NCBI GenBank assembly: GCA_050230475.1
Contig: JBFLGF010000142.1
Location: forward strand, 1-60,757
Length of the DNA: 60,757 nucleotides
From: Ancylonema sp.
Lineage: Eukaryota
Direction: 5' to 3'
The notes beneath the pieces were generated by a model, which was given only the letters and a program-made list of their open reading frames with translations, had not been told where the DNA came from and ran no database searches. The position numbers and the translations under genes were made by a program. Position 1 is the stretch's first letter; each line of letters starts with the position of its first letter. This document shows positions 27,304 through 39,555 of this stretch, piece after piece.

Positions 27304-30300
27304 ATGATGAGTCGTAGCTTTTCCCTCATATTTATCAGCTTAGTCTCTATCTGCCAGTCCTCCCTCGCACGAGGCCCTTCTCTTCGGCACGCTGAAGAAT
27401 CATATGCGTCAGCTGGAAGTCCCAGATTTGGGAACGGTATGCATCTTTCGTTAACCCATAGTTACGCGAATTCTCCTGGAAGCTCCCACTTGTCCTCTGA
27501 CGGGGCAATGACTCTTCAACATCGCGCCAAGCTGCACAACCACGACCGACATCGGCAAAGAAAACTTTCCACGACGACAGAAGGCGGAGCAGATTTTGTG
27601 CTGCAAGGAAATCCTTCACCAACTGTTGCAGGGTGCGTGCGCAAAATTCTGATTACCGGCTCCAGGCTACTTGTATGCTGGACAGTTTGCCGCTCTGTTT
27701 TTTTCTTCTATTTTCTTTTATTTCAGTGTCCGCTCGTCGTATTCCGATCGCAATTCAAGGATCGAGTATCGGCCCTTACACCCTCCAGTGTTGCCCCTGA
27801 CATACGAATCTGAATCGACGCGGCAAACTGAACGTGACTTTTTTTGCCTGGTGGCAGGTTGTACTGGACTACGATTGGCTTGGGAAAACCAGCTCAGCAA
27901 TTTTCTGTCCAGGTGGACACCGGCAGCGACTTGCTGTGGGTGCAGTGCGAGCCATGTCTGAATTGCGCCACCAGCTCCAGCATTCTGCAGGTACGCATGT
28001 GCCATTAGAGAAGGGCTGAGTAGACACTCTCGATCACTGCTGCAGGTCTCTCAGTTACACGTGCAGCACCGCCACCTGTTGGCTGGAGACTGTTGGAATC
28101 ACCTGAAAACATTTGGCCTCCCTGGGAGGAGTTATAAAGAAAATAAATACAGGATGTTCAGGATGAAGTGGAATGAGTAGTACGAATGTGGATCTAAATC
28201 CTCTCATAAGATCCTGGATACACACAATTAAATGTTGCATTCACAGCAGCAGCTATACCGTCTCAAGCATAACCAAATGTACTTACCATGCCTGTGCCGG
28301 TTCCAAAAATAGATTCTTCACAACCTCCTTTCTAACCTCTCACCCGGCGGTAACCGCTCAGTATCTGAAACGACCGTATCCCACCCTCGTCTGCCTTCCA
28401 GAACCTCGCCCCTCCCTTCAACGATTCTCAGTCCTCCAACGACAACATCATTGAATGTTCCTCTTCCACCTGTATGGACCTTCAGTCCACAGCGAGCGGG
28501 TTAGGGGTGGGCTGCGGCTCGAATTCCAAAAAGTGTTACTATCAGCTCTTGTACGGAGACGGGTCTGGGTCGGAGGGGTATGTGTTGAGGGATGAGCTCT
28601 CATTCAAAGCGCTGAATGGGAAAGCAAGTGGGGCAGGGATCAACTTTGGGTGAGGGGGGGGGGGGGTGGGGGGGATGGGGGCCTCTAATCTCGGAGGAGC
28701 ATGCTTTATGCTTCATGCTTCATGCTTTATGCTTCACGCTTTATGCTTCATGCTTCATGCTTTATGCTTCACGCTTTATGCTTCATGCTTTATGCTTCAT
28801 GCTTCATGCTTCATGCTTTATGCTTTGTGCTTTGTGCTTTATGCTTTATTCTTGATGCTTTATGCTTTATGCTTTATGCTTTATGTTTATACTTTGTGCT
28901 TTATGCTTTATGCTTTGTGCTTTGTGCTTTGTGCTTTATGCTTTGTGCTTTATGCTTTATTCTTGATGCTTGATGCTTGATGCTTTATGCTTTATGCTTT
29001 ATGCTTTATGCTTTATGCTTTATGCTTTATGCTTTATGCTTTATGCTTTATGCTTTATGCTTTATGCTTTATGCTTTATGCTTTATGCTTTTCCTTCATG
29101 CTTAATGCTTCATCTTTCAATGGTTGCTGTAAAAACAATTTCCTGTTGCCTGGATTGTGCAATTGACAATTAATTGCATTATTTTCCGTTACTCGATACT
29201 GCCTTGATTTAACGTCGGAGGTGTGTGGGAAGATACTATCCTCAATCCGGTTGTACAGTTTCGTTGCACACTTGCCTATTTTCCTAAGACACCGAAATCT
29301 GTTGTTAATTCACCCAAAAAGAAAAAAAAAACTGCGTGTATAAATCCTGCAAATGCCTCCGCCCCCCGCCATGCGGCCACCAAGTACTCATTTCTATTTC
29401 CTCCCTCCCTCCCTCTCTCCCCCCCCCAGTTGCGGGTTCAACCAGTCTGGCAACCTGTTCACAGGAGGCCAGATGGTGGACGGGATCATGGGGTTGGGCA
29501 TGGGGTTGCTCTCCATCCCATCACAGCTGGCAAACGCACAGGTCACCTCGCAGGAATTCGCTCAGGTGAATCCTTTGCTGCCATCCCCAGGTGGATCCAG
29601 CAGTGAGGGGGGACGGGATTGCCCAAAACCGTCACCCAACACTGACATCCCAAGCATCTGTTTTCCAAAAATGATATAGATTTGAACAACCGAAAGCTGA
29701 CGCTCGTTACCCTGGTCCTACCCTGGTCCTCTCGTGCAGTGCCTAGGCGGGGAGTCTGTGGGCGGTGGGGCGTTGGTTTTCGGGTCTGTGGACGCCCATA
29801 ATGCTTCTTTCACCCCTCTCGTCACGAACAGCGGAAGGTAAACCAGAACCGGTCCCGTTATAAGGAACTCGTACGCCCTTTCCACCCGAGTGACCCGACT
29901 TCTGAAAGTCCGCAATCTGTTTGCAGGTCTCTCTATTTTGTCAACCTTCAGGGCCTGTCTGTGGGGCCCACCCGCCTCAAAGACATCACCTCCGCCAGTT
30001 TCGGGGAGGCGTCGACTGGGGGAGGTGTTATCTTCGACAGCGGGTCCACGCTGGCGATCGTCCCTGACCTCGTGCTGACGTCACTTGTCACGCAGGTGGG
30101 GGTTGGAGGGGGCAGAAGAAGGAATCCAGGATTCTGCTATATCATGATGGGATTTTCGTGGAAGTGGAGGAGTTTTGGGAGGAAGGGTTTATGTGTTGTG
30201 CTGCTTTCTTTCCCCCTCTGCTTATCCACCTCAACATGCTTCAAGTAGGATGGGGTTCATAAACCAACAAAAAAGAAGCGTGCAGCATGAGATGTTTGGG

Positions 30301-32127
30301 GGGGGAGGGGGCATCAAAGGAAGTCGAACATCAAGGGAGGAATGAATCGCTCACATTTGCTGCATACGCAAACAATTTTGTTTCCGGTGCGCTGAGTGTG
30401 AAATCTATATCTTCATGTTTGTGCTTTCTTTTGTGGGTGAATGGGCACAGGGCCAACCGCAACACTAAAAGAGTTCCTGACCCCCCTTTTTAATTTTCTA
30501 AATTTTCGTTTTATCGTGGTGCAGCTTGAAAGCAGTGTGAGCCAGCTGTCAGTTCTATCGCAGTCCAGCCAAGGACAAGTTTGCTGGCAGTTTGGGGGGA
30601 GGTGAGAGGGGGGGGGGGGGGGGTCGGGGAGGAGAGAGGTTGGGGAGTGAGCGAATGCTGTGGACAGATTAGAATCAGTACCGCTACTGAAGTCACATCG
30701 AAAGAAAATCATGCCCAGGATTAGGGGCTGCAAGTGTCTCACACACCCAAGAATTCATACTAAGTGCTTATTGTTACACACCAAAGATCCCAACACGAGA
30801 TTCGGCACAGTCTAGGGTCACAACCTCTGTTCATTCAGTTCGCTTACAGGCACACACGTGCCAGATACGGTGAATTGGAGTATGGTGCAAAGGACTGTCA
30901 ACGAATGGCAATATTAACACCCGCGACCAGATCAATATCCATAACCGTAACCGTAACCGTAACTGCTACTGTAATCGTAACCGGATGCCGCTCGTCTCCC
31001 CCCCTGTGTGATGGCCAGGTCGGTCCGCGATTTGGGATCCTTCTTTCCCATCCTCACTCTGCATTTCGAGGGGGCAGATATGGTGCTGCACCCCGAAAAC
31101 TACATTGGGCTGCTCCCCGAAAGCAATGGCGATAATGCAGCTTGCGTGGAATGGCAGGGGGGGGGGGCAATAGGGAATGTGGCCATTTTGGGAGGTGAGA
31201 GGGAGGGGGGGGTGTAGGAGGAAGAGGTGTAGGGGGGGACTGGTGTGTATGGTAGGGGGCTGTGGTTTGGTTTGTTCAGATCTCGATCAGTCTTTGTTCT
31301 TTTCATTGGCTGGTGATAAGGTAAATTTTGCCCCGCGCTGGGGTAGAAGTAGCAATGCATGTTAAGGTGATGTGGAAGAGAGAGAAAGAACAACCTACAA
31401 ACCAGAAAAAAATAAAAATTGTACGGATTCCGGATCCACAAGAGGCACACTGAAACCGATGGGCCCTTGGTGGTGGGTCGGGGTTTGGGAGACTTAAGAT
31501 TTGAGGTTTGAGGTGAGGGATGAAAGAAGGGAAGTTGTCTTATAGTCACTTTGTGTGTAGTTATGGTTTTAATATTTGCGTTCTAGATTATTTTGTTATG
31601 TGGTGCAGATATCGTTTTGAAGAACAAGCTAGTGATTTATGATATTGCCAACAGCAGGATCGGTTGGGAGTACATGGACTGTGAGACCACTCACCTTTCA
31701 ATTCTTTTCTTGTTTTGGGCATCTACAGATGTATCACAACGTTCACATGTGATTGTCCTTCATAGAGAGAATATCTTGTGTACACGATTATTGGGTTTGG
31801 AGAAGCGGATAGTGATTTACGAATTGGATGATTTATGAATTGGGTGCTTTGCTCTTTCTCTTTACGAACTGTATGATATAGGAATTGGGTGATTTTACGT
31901 CTTTTCTTCACGAATTGGATGATTTACTCATGTTCTCAATGTTGGTGTTCTGAGATGGACATTGCTGTATATTTCATATCCATATCGCAGGAGCGACGGG
32001 ATCGATCAAGACAAACAACATCACACCGATCGTTGGGTTCCCGACCTCTTCTGCAACAACCATTGTGGCGTTGCATTCCGGGATTGTTTTGGTCATGTCT
32101 CTTGTTGCCCTCGTGCTTTTGCTATAA
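27304..32127 (+). CDS. A1-family (nucellin/atypical-type) aspartic protease, secreted, with a GPI/membrane-like tail; final splice junction reads TGA
   Basis: Exons 27304-27632, 27858-27990, 28402-28649, 29430-29565, 29740-29837, 29927-30095, 30525-30601, 31019-31194, 31609-31680 and 31991-32127 keep one frame. Signal peptide, VDTGSDLLWVQC, YGDGS, FGCG, DGIMGLG, IFDSGST, ILGD and IYD...RIGW are present. Confidence 0.92.
28700..29090. repeat. (TTTATGC)n 7-bp minisatellite in protease intron 3
   Basis: Tandem tttatgc / ttcatgc / tttgtgc units are directly visible. They explain the spurious MLYALCF ORFs. Confidence 0.95.
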
Positions 32128-32427
32128 AATGCACATAAAGTCTTGCGTACATACATTGTAATGGTAGTCAAACTCCATCAGGAATCGGATGCGCGATTTA
32201 CTTCTTGATTGTTTCACTTGAATGTGTTCACAATCTTGTTAAACGATTGTGCACAATTTCAAGTGAAATGATTTATTCCGTGTAGGTGTAAGGGTACAAA
32301 TTGCGTAGGTGCAGACGGTTCGGTTTTGGTGATGACATAGTGACTCATGCCTTGCGTCCTCCAAAAAAAAGTTGGAAATGTTAGGCTTTGTGGTGACGTT
32401 TTCACAAATTAACGCGAAGGTTGATAC

Positions 32428-33289
32428 CTGGGTTGCATAATACGCAATACGCTATCAATACGCTGGGGTCACAATACGCCGTATTTCGCGTATTGAAATT
32501 TTAAGCGATTTGAAAATACGCGTATTGTCAATAAATATGCGTTTTTTCACGATTTTAGACCCCACAAATATCCGGAAGTAGGATAGTAACATTGGGTGCC
32601 TTACCTGAATCAAATTGGCCATAAAATACGGAGACATAATTATCCTTGAAATACATGATAGGCGCATGTTTCACCGAAACATATGCAATTGTTTTATTCA
32701 TTTTGTTTGTGCGAGAGTGGGGCATTCATTAATAGACTCACTTTTCTCGTCTTCTCTCTTCTCTAAAGTTGATTAATTTCGCACACGTTTTTATCAATCT
32801 TTACTCCTTTTTCGTTTTTACAAATCCCAAATACGCATCAACCGGGGCTTCCGTTTTTTCTTGAGTATGGTAATTAAAAAAGTGGAATGCTAGGATCTAA
32901 TAACGAATGCAATACTGCAATCCAAGAAACAATGACAATAACAATTTAATGAATCCTACCTCTACTTCTACTCATAGTTTTTATGCTCCTACTCCTAACT
33001 TGAACTTGGACGGTCGGATGAGGTTCACTAGCGAGAATGAAAATATTTTTTTCCGTGTGATGTACTATAGAATAAATTTCACTTTCGCTATTTCACTTAC
33101 AAATGACGTGGACCTCGCTATATTGTTTGCCTCCGAAAAATCCATATGTGTAATTTCATACCGAAAATTAATACAAGTTCAAAACTCAGCGTATTTTTGA
33201 GCGTATTTCAGCTTATTAATACGCTAGGAGCACAATACGCGTATTTGGTGTATGATAATTCAGCGTATTGTGCGTATTGTGCAACCCAG
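32428..33289. mobile_element. hAT-type MITE
   Basis: TIR ctgggttgcataatacgc / gcgtattgtgcaacccag. Perfect 8-bp TSD gttgatac (32420-32427, 33290-33297). aatacgc/gcgtatt subterminal repeats. Confidence 0.9.
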
Positions 33290-33949
33290 GTTGATACACA
33301 TACTCTCACCGAACATTGTTCTCATCTCATTGTTACATGATCATGAGCAAGCGATAACATACGCATGTACCGATATCAGATCACAACAATGTAGATAGCA
33401 TTTCAAATCGTGTGTCTTGGCAATCCTACTCACTACCGATGTTCAATTTATGAATCACTTAGCCCGTGATTTTACTTTTACCCCTTAGGGCTCCTTAGAG
33501 GTATGCCAAAGTAATTCTTCCGAAAGAGCACACTATGTAATGGCATTATGGTATTGTAAAGTTTGGTGCAAAGGGATCGATAACTAACCTTTAGGTTCAC
33601 CGTTTCACCGTTATTGGATTTCCCGTATGTAGATGATACACGTAGTTGTGAGCCCTTCATATTTTTTCTTTGTCAATTTATTTTCTTCCAATTTCGGATA
33701 AGGCTACATATATCGCTTGCAGGATTCTTTGATATAGGATGCACGATTCTTTGATAAATTGTTGTGTAGAAATTCGGATACGACAATCTTGAGCATCATA
33801 ATGGGATATCGTTAAATTGCCCACATATATGTACCGGGTTGTTGCTATGGCGTTGCTGTAATGAATTGTTCGTCTTGGCTATCCTCGTGAGTACCGATGT
33901 GTAGTACATCCATCATAGTATCCGCAATTTTATATTATATACAACAGAG

Positions 33950-34448
33950 CGTACCGGCCAACTTTAATACCCCACTAACTAATTATTTTGTGACTAGGGT
34001 GGGGCAAGGAAATTAAAACAAAAATTTCGATATGGGGTATTAAGTTAAGTAGGTTAAGTGATTCGTTTTTTTGGACTTGTGGGGTATTATCCTTAAATTC
34101 ACCCAGCCGGGGTAACAACGACGGCAAGTTCTAACGAACCGGGATTTTTGCCGGGTCACGATTCTCGGGTGCATACTAATTTTCGATGCGTGGTTGTCCT
34201 TCAATCATTACTCGATATAGGGGCTATTATTTTGTCCATTTACGGTCCAAAATAAATAAAAATCCGTTGCCGGGTTGAGGTACGAAGTAATCGCTAGGGT
34301 AATGTTATCAATTGCTATGGGGTGGGCTGGGTTAAGGGGGTGGGGTATCGATAACTAAGTATTTTTGGGTGGGGTAAGGGGGTGGGGCGTGAATCAACAT
34401 ATTTTTTGGGGGAAAAAAGGGGTGGGGTATTAAAGTTGGCCGGTACGG
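33950..34448. mobile_element. Tc1/mariner-type MITE related to the 9126-10620 element
   Basis: Perfect 26-bp TIR cgtaccggccaactttaataccccac / gtggggtattaaagttggccggtacg. TA on the right flank; the left terminal base and TA are eroded. Confidence 0.82.
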
Positions 34449-37347
34449 TATGTGCACCCGATATATTCACGTACATAGGGGAACCTCACGGTATGGTGTC
34501 ATCATATTGTATCCAACGACAACCAATATGAAGTTAACTAGGGTTACCTCGACCTTGCTAATAATTGATGTGAAGGGGTGATTGTGAAGGCAATGTCCAC
34601 GCTGCCCCCTTTGTGCCACCCCAACAACCAAAAGTAGCTTTGAGCAAGTGCATTTTGAGGCCTTGTATTCAAAGAAGCATAAATGTCTTTGTACTCAGGA
34701 GTATTGTAGTACATTAGCACAGTACTAGTTGAGCCCGATCTATATAGATCCCCGATCCGCATCGGCGCCGCATCGAACCCGATCCGGATTGGCGCCGGAT
34801 CGGAAATTATCTGAGCGAATCGGGACCGACTCTTGTATCTCTTCGATACAGATTTGTGCTGGTTTTACAACGTTCTTATTTTGTGTTTGCTTTCTCGCAC
34901 ACAAAACGTGATTTGTAAATGAATCTTCGTAAAGAAACGCTATCCCCGAATAAATGAAGTTTCTCATATCGGGGTTTGAGTGTCCTCCGTTGCCCCACCT
35001 TAAATCGGCTCCGGATGTGTGATGTACACACGAACCTACTCGAAAAAGTATGAAGTCTGTATTTTTTATCAAAACTATATTCAATAGAAACACGTGGGTC
35101 ATAAACATGACCTATTCTGAATTATCAATTTCTGACCCACCATTCATAAAAATTGTGGTGGAAGATCACACAATTGTAGCATCTAGGTTTTCGATCTTAC
35201 ATTTTCTGGTTTGATTTGATTCTTTATTCACCATGATTTCTTGACCAATTTGGAACGTGCTCAGCCGCTTTCCTTGTTATTAGGGTCGGCTCATCCGGGG
35301 CATTTTGGAAGTGGCGTTCTTCGCTCCGTCCGGATATTCTTCACTGCAAACGGCGGGGAGAGGATGGAAGGCCCCTAGCCGCCAAGAAACACCGGTGAGC
35401 ACAAACTTAATCGAGACAAACGGCTGATATTTGCAGAGAGACATCGGAGCCATCTACGGTTGCTATCTCCGCGCAAAGTGCGCGGTAGCCAGCCACGCAA
35501 TTTCACAGTGCTCACCTTTGACCGCTCGCTCAAGGGTAGCGGTTGGCCCACCCGTGAAGCTTTTTACCAAATCCATCTTAGCTTCCATCCGGTTGGCCAC
35601 CCCCCTCTCGGGTGGAGCGGTTACGGTAGTTGGGGTGCGGCTGGTTGCGGTCGATACTATGATGTTGCAAAGAAAAAGGGGCTTTATAATTTCCTCCCTT
35701 CACTATGTTATACATATTTCAATTCTACAGTACGATGCTCCAAATGTTTCATATTCCTCATTTATAGAATTTTTACACGTGAATGACGTCTATATTTGTC
35801 GGTTTTTTTTTTTTTTTGAGGGATCACATGGTAAATTGGTGAATTGTTCCATACGGTATCGGCCATATATAATAACCCGGATAAAAAACAACGAGTTGAT
35901 TTTAGAGCGAAATTTTCAACTAGTGACCCACCTATTGAACCAGCCGGAATATAAAATTTCCCAAATTCCTGGATGATAGTTTTTATCTAATGACCCACAC
36001 ATAGAAGGATCCACCCATTCACCGAGTACACCGAGTTATCTTCTAGTGGCCCACCCTTCTTGTAATTATTTCCGAGTCGTTATCTATGACTAGTAGGGTA
36101 ATGGCATATGGGATTGTATTTTTGGATCACGTGCAAGACATCGAGTATCATCCATTTAAGATTTCGAGCTCACATCCATACAACCACACTATCAAAGTCA
36201 CACTTCCTTTTTTTCTTGATAAACGATCCTATTTTGTAATAACGTACGTGGATTACGAGTGAGAAATATGGCAATGGAGATTCATTGTGAAATGAAATTT
36301 TTCGTCATATCTTTAGTGAACAATAAGGCAAGCTAATGCAACGATGTCAATGAAGTACATCTGGCTTTCCTCATAAAATACTCGAACTTGCTTTTAAAAA
36401 CCCAGCAATTTTGTCTCATTGTCATAACTCCCTCTTCACCAAAGCTACAATATGGTCCTAACAACCTTTGAACTCGTGGTTTCGAGTCTTGGCCTATCGA
36501 ACATGTTCAATCCTACCACACAAAAAAAAAACACCACCCCACCCACCCACCATCTTTGCATCAAATTCCCACATCGCCTACGTCTCCTTATGATCTGCAT
36601 CAATCACAAGTTGAAATATTTTTTGGCAGAAAACTAATCATAAAACATTTTCGTCACCAAGAGAGGAGAAGCATTCAAGAAGACCGGACGAATATGAGGA
36701 GGCGGAGAACAAGAGGAGGGAGGAAGAAATGAGTCATGAACATGCTTTAGAAAACAAAGAACCTTTCGTACAAATACCACTCCCGGCGTAGAATTCGATG
36801 TCTCGGTTTTCAATTGTCGTGTTTCTTCAAAAAACATATTCTACAAGCAAATTATCGTCCCGAATTTCCATGCTCTTTTTTTTGTTCGTTGTCTTGTTCG
36901 CCTATTGCTTTCAACCGCATCCCAACTGGGTGACGGCTGGGCGGCGGTCGGCAAAAAGGCAGCCGATTGGGCCCAAGCATTACGAGGTCGGGCGCAGTCG
37001 GGTGGCATCGAAACCCACCGCGACTAAAATTTGCGGTGGCACGATCAAGCACGGAATGCGCGCCCGCTCTAGCCATGATGTCAGACGACACGGACAGGAG
37101 TCTAACCTCTGCCACATTACCGATGACGGAAGGGGCGTATGCTGTTCCATGCGAAACTGCAGACAACTGCACCTGAATGTTGTTGACAGGAGGCCTGGCA
37201 AATTCTTTCTTCGGAGCCCACTCGATACAGGACAGTGTGGGGGGCATATTCTCAACTGGAGTTGAAGGTTGTCGCTCGTCAAAAGATAGATGAATATAGA
37301 CGTGGAGGCATAAATCGCGAAGGGGAATTGCGGGTCTAGGATTCAGG

Positions 37348-39397
37348 ATGGCTCTATTTTCCTCTTTTTTTTACCTTCTCCTGCTCTCCCAGCTGACTGT
37401 AGGAGTGATGTCAAGTTCGGACACGAATACTGTTGTCAGTCCATGCCTCGATGCCCCTCCAATTCGGAAAGGCGACGGTTTTTCGTTTGCAATCGCGTTT
37501 GGGGGCGCGTCAAACACGTGGGGCAACACCTCTATGTGCAATTCGACATCTACACAAGTAACGACACTTCCAGAAACTACTTCTACCACTTGAGAACAGC
37601 TCCAGTTGCTGTCGAATCCAGAATTATCTGCAACCTAGAAGCCAGTGGAGGAAAAACCAAGCTTTCCGCTTCGGGGTATCTATACTGAGAGGGGTTATGA
37701 GACCAGACGGTGCTTGCTGTTTGCATGCACCGTAAAGTTCATCCGTCTCCCGATCTCGCATCCGATAAGAACAGACATTTTGCTGTTGGTGATTGTGTTC
37801 GGGTCGAACCTGACACGTCATGGATAGCTCACTCCTGTCATGGCAGGCACTGCCAGCTGGCGTTCAAGTAGCTGTGTACAGACCAGAGGTGGATCAGCTG
37901 GCGTTGATTCGAATAAATAACGTCAGCATGAGCAACATGGTTACCGCGGTGAGTGTTCAACGGTTGTCATGGCGGCATCATCTGACATGAACGTTGAACC
38001 ACGGGACAAGTGAAGACTCATGTTATCAGATGAACGGGGACCGGAAGTACAGAATTTGTGTTACAGAATTTGTGTGCGTCACATGAGCTCTCAAACAAAA
38101 GAAACTGCAGGAGAGCGATTTTGAAAAATGTTTTTTTCCTGTGAGGTGCACGCAGTTCCCTACCACTTCCATGATATTGTATGCCGGAGAATCGGCCACA
38201 CTCAGATCAGCACCGCGACTATTCAGGAGTAAAGAGGTAGGCTTCAGATCCTCTGTTTGAAAGTCTATAGGCACACAGAGACCTAACGGGATGAGTTTGT
38301 GTAGTGCAGAGTCTTCACCATTATAAGTAAGGCTGCCAGGTTCAGATTTGGTGTTTGGCTTTCGTTGTATGAGTGAAGGAGCGTCTATTTCTCTTTCTCG
38401 TATGGCAGAAGTCTAACCTCTGCTACTGACCTGCTCACTCACTGATGGTTGACATCTTGCCTTGCCTATGTGTATCAGGGTCAGATTCCAACCATGACCG
38501 TGGTCTTGAATTTCGTGATGGGGAAGTTGGAATCATTTTTGTGGTGAGAGGTCGTGGGCTTTGTCACTCATGCCTAGTTTATGGATCTGATGTGTATTAT
38601 TCGTATGCATGTAGAGAACCCAATCAACTTATGACATGCTTGGACATTGGTAACACCATCATTGCAATAAACTCTAGAACACATTTGCCCAGAAGTCAAT
38701 GATCAGACATAGTCATCCGAACAAAAGCAACCCATAATAGTCAACAAGTATGTGCTCACATTCGTCAATGTTTGATGTTTGTGGCAGGAAGGACACGGGT
38801 TGTAGTACCTCCTCATCTGAGTGTGACGCCTCCAGCGACTTATGTTTTGATGGCGTGAATTGCGCCAAACCCGCTTCAAGTTGCGCTGCCATGCAAAGCA
38901 ATCCCAACTCTACCGAAGCATGTCGATTGGCGGTAAGGGGCTGTTCCTTGCGTTGGCATGCATGCTTTGTGAAGAGAATGAATCATGAAAGTTGAGTAAC
39001 CTTGTTGTCACATGTCTTAAACACGGGAGTTGGTGTCATGTGGTTATGTGTTGGATTAGAGAAGGAACATTCATGCTGCAATGAATCATGATGATGCATC
39101 ACGAAAGAAATCTCATTTCATTTGTCTCGCAATGGATCCCCGAACGGTCTGGGACGCAACTATGGATAAAATGTTGTCGTTGAGTGATGTCACTTGAATA
39201 ACGAGTTCTTTTGGACTTCGCAGATCAATGTCGCATTCTCCGGCACGGACAGAAGCGGTGTTTCCATGTCCTCCTGGTATCAAATAGCTAGCATCAATAA
39301 CTACTCCCTCACTGGGCTATACAGTTCCGCATCACAAAATGTACAAAATAATGCCGGGGGGGGCTCCGAAAACGTGGACGAAGTCACGCGTGGGTAA
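37348..39397 (+). CDS. Secreted Cys-containing plant protein, Expp1-like family, 6 exons
   Basis: Exons 37348-37557, 37847-37948, 38156-38236, 38479-38543, 38788-38932 and 39224-39397 join in frame. Signal peptide plus DTNxVxSPC...GDGFSFAIAF, VYRPEVDQ, WKDTGC and AFSGTD...SWY...YSLxGLYS, matching the recalled land-plant Expp1-type consensus. Confidence 0.85.
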
Positions 39398-39555
39398 AAA
39401 TTTATACGATAGTGTGTTTGTGAAAAGCCGGATATATCTGAACTCTGAACTTCGTTTCTATGCTGATCCATGATCACGATTACTTATTTACAAAGGACAC
39501 CACCGTTAAGTGGTTTGTTTCCCTTCTAAAGGGTTCAAACAAGCCAACCCGACCG

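Noticed and set aside
28616..29173. MLYALCF-repeat ORFs
   Set aside because: Translations of an intronic 7-bp minisatellite.
34725..36090. Possible transposon ends (gatccg and gacccac repeats)
   Set aside because: Repeat-like, but no TIR pair or TSD could be matched.
36445..36520. tRNA/SINE-like B-box fragments (gttcaatcc; gagttcaaa on the - strand)
   Set aside because: No cloverleaf or A-box could be built.
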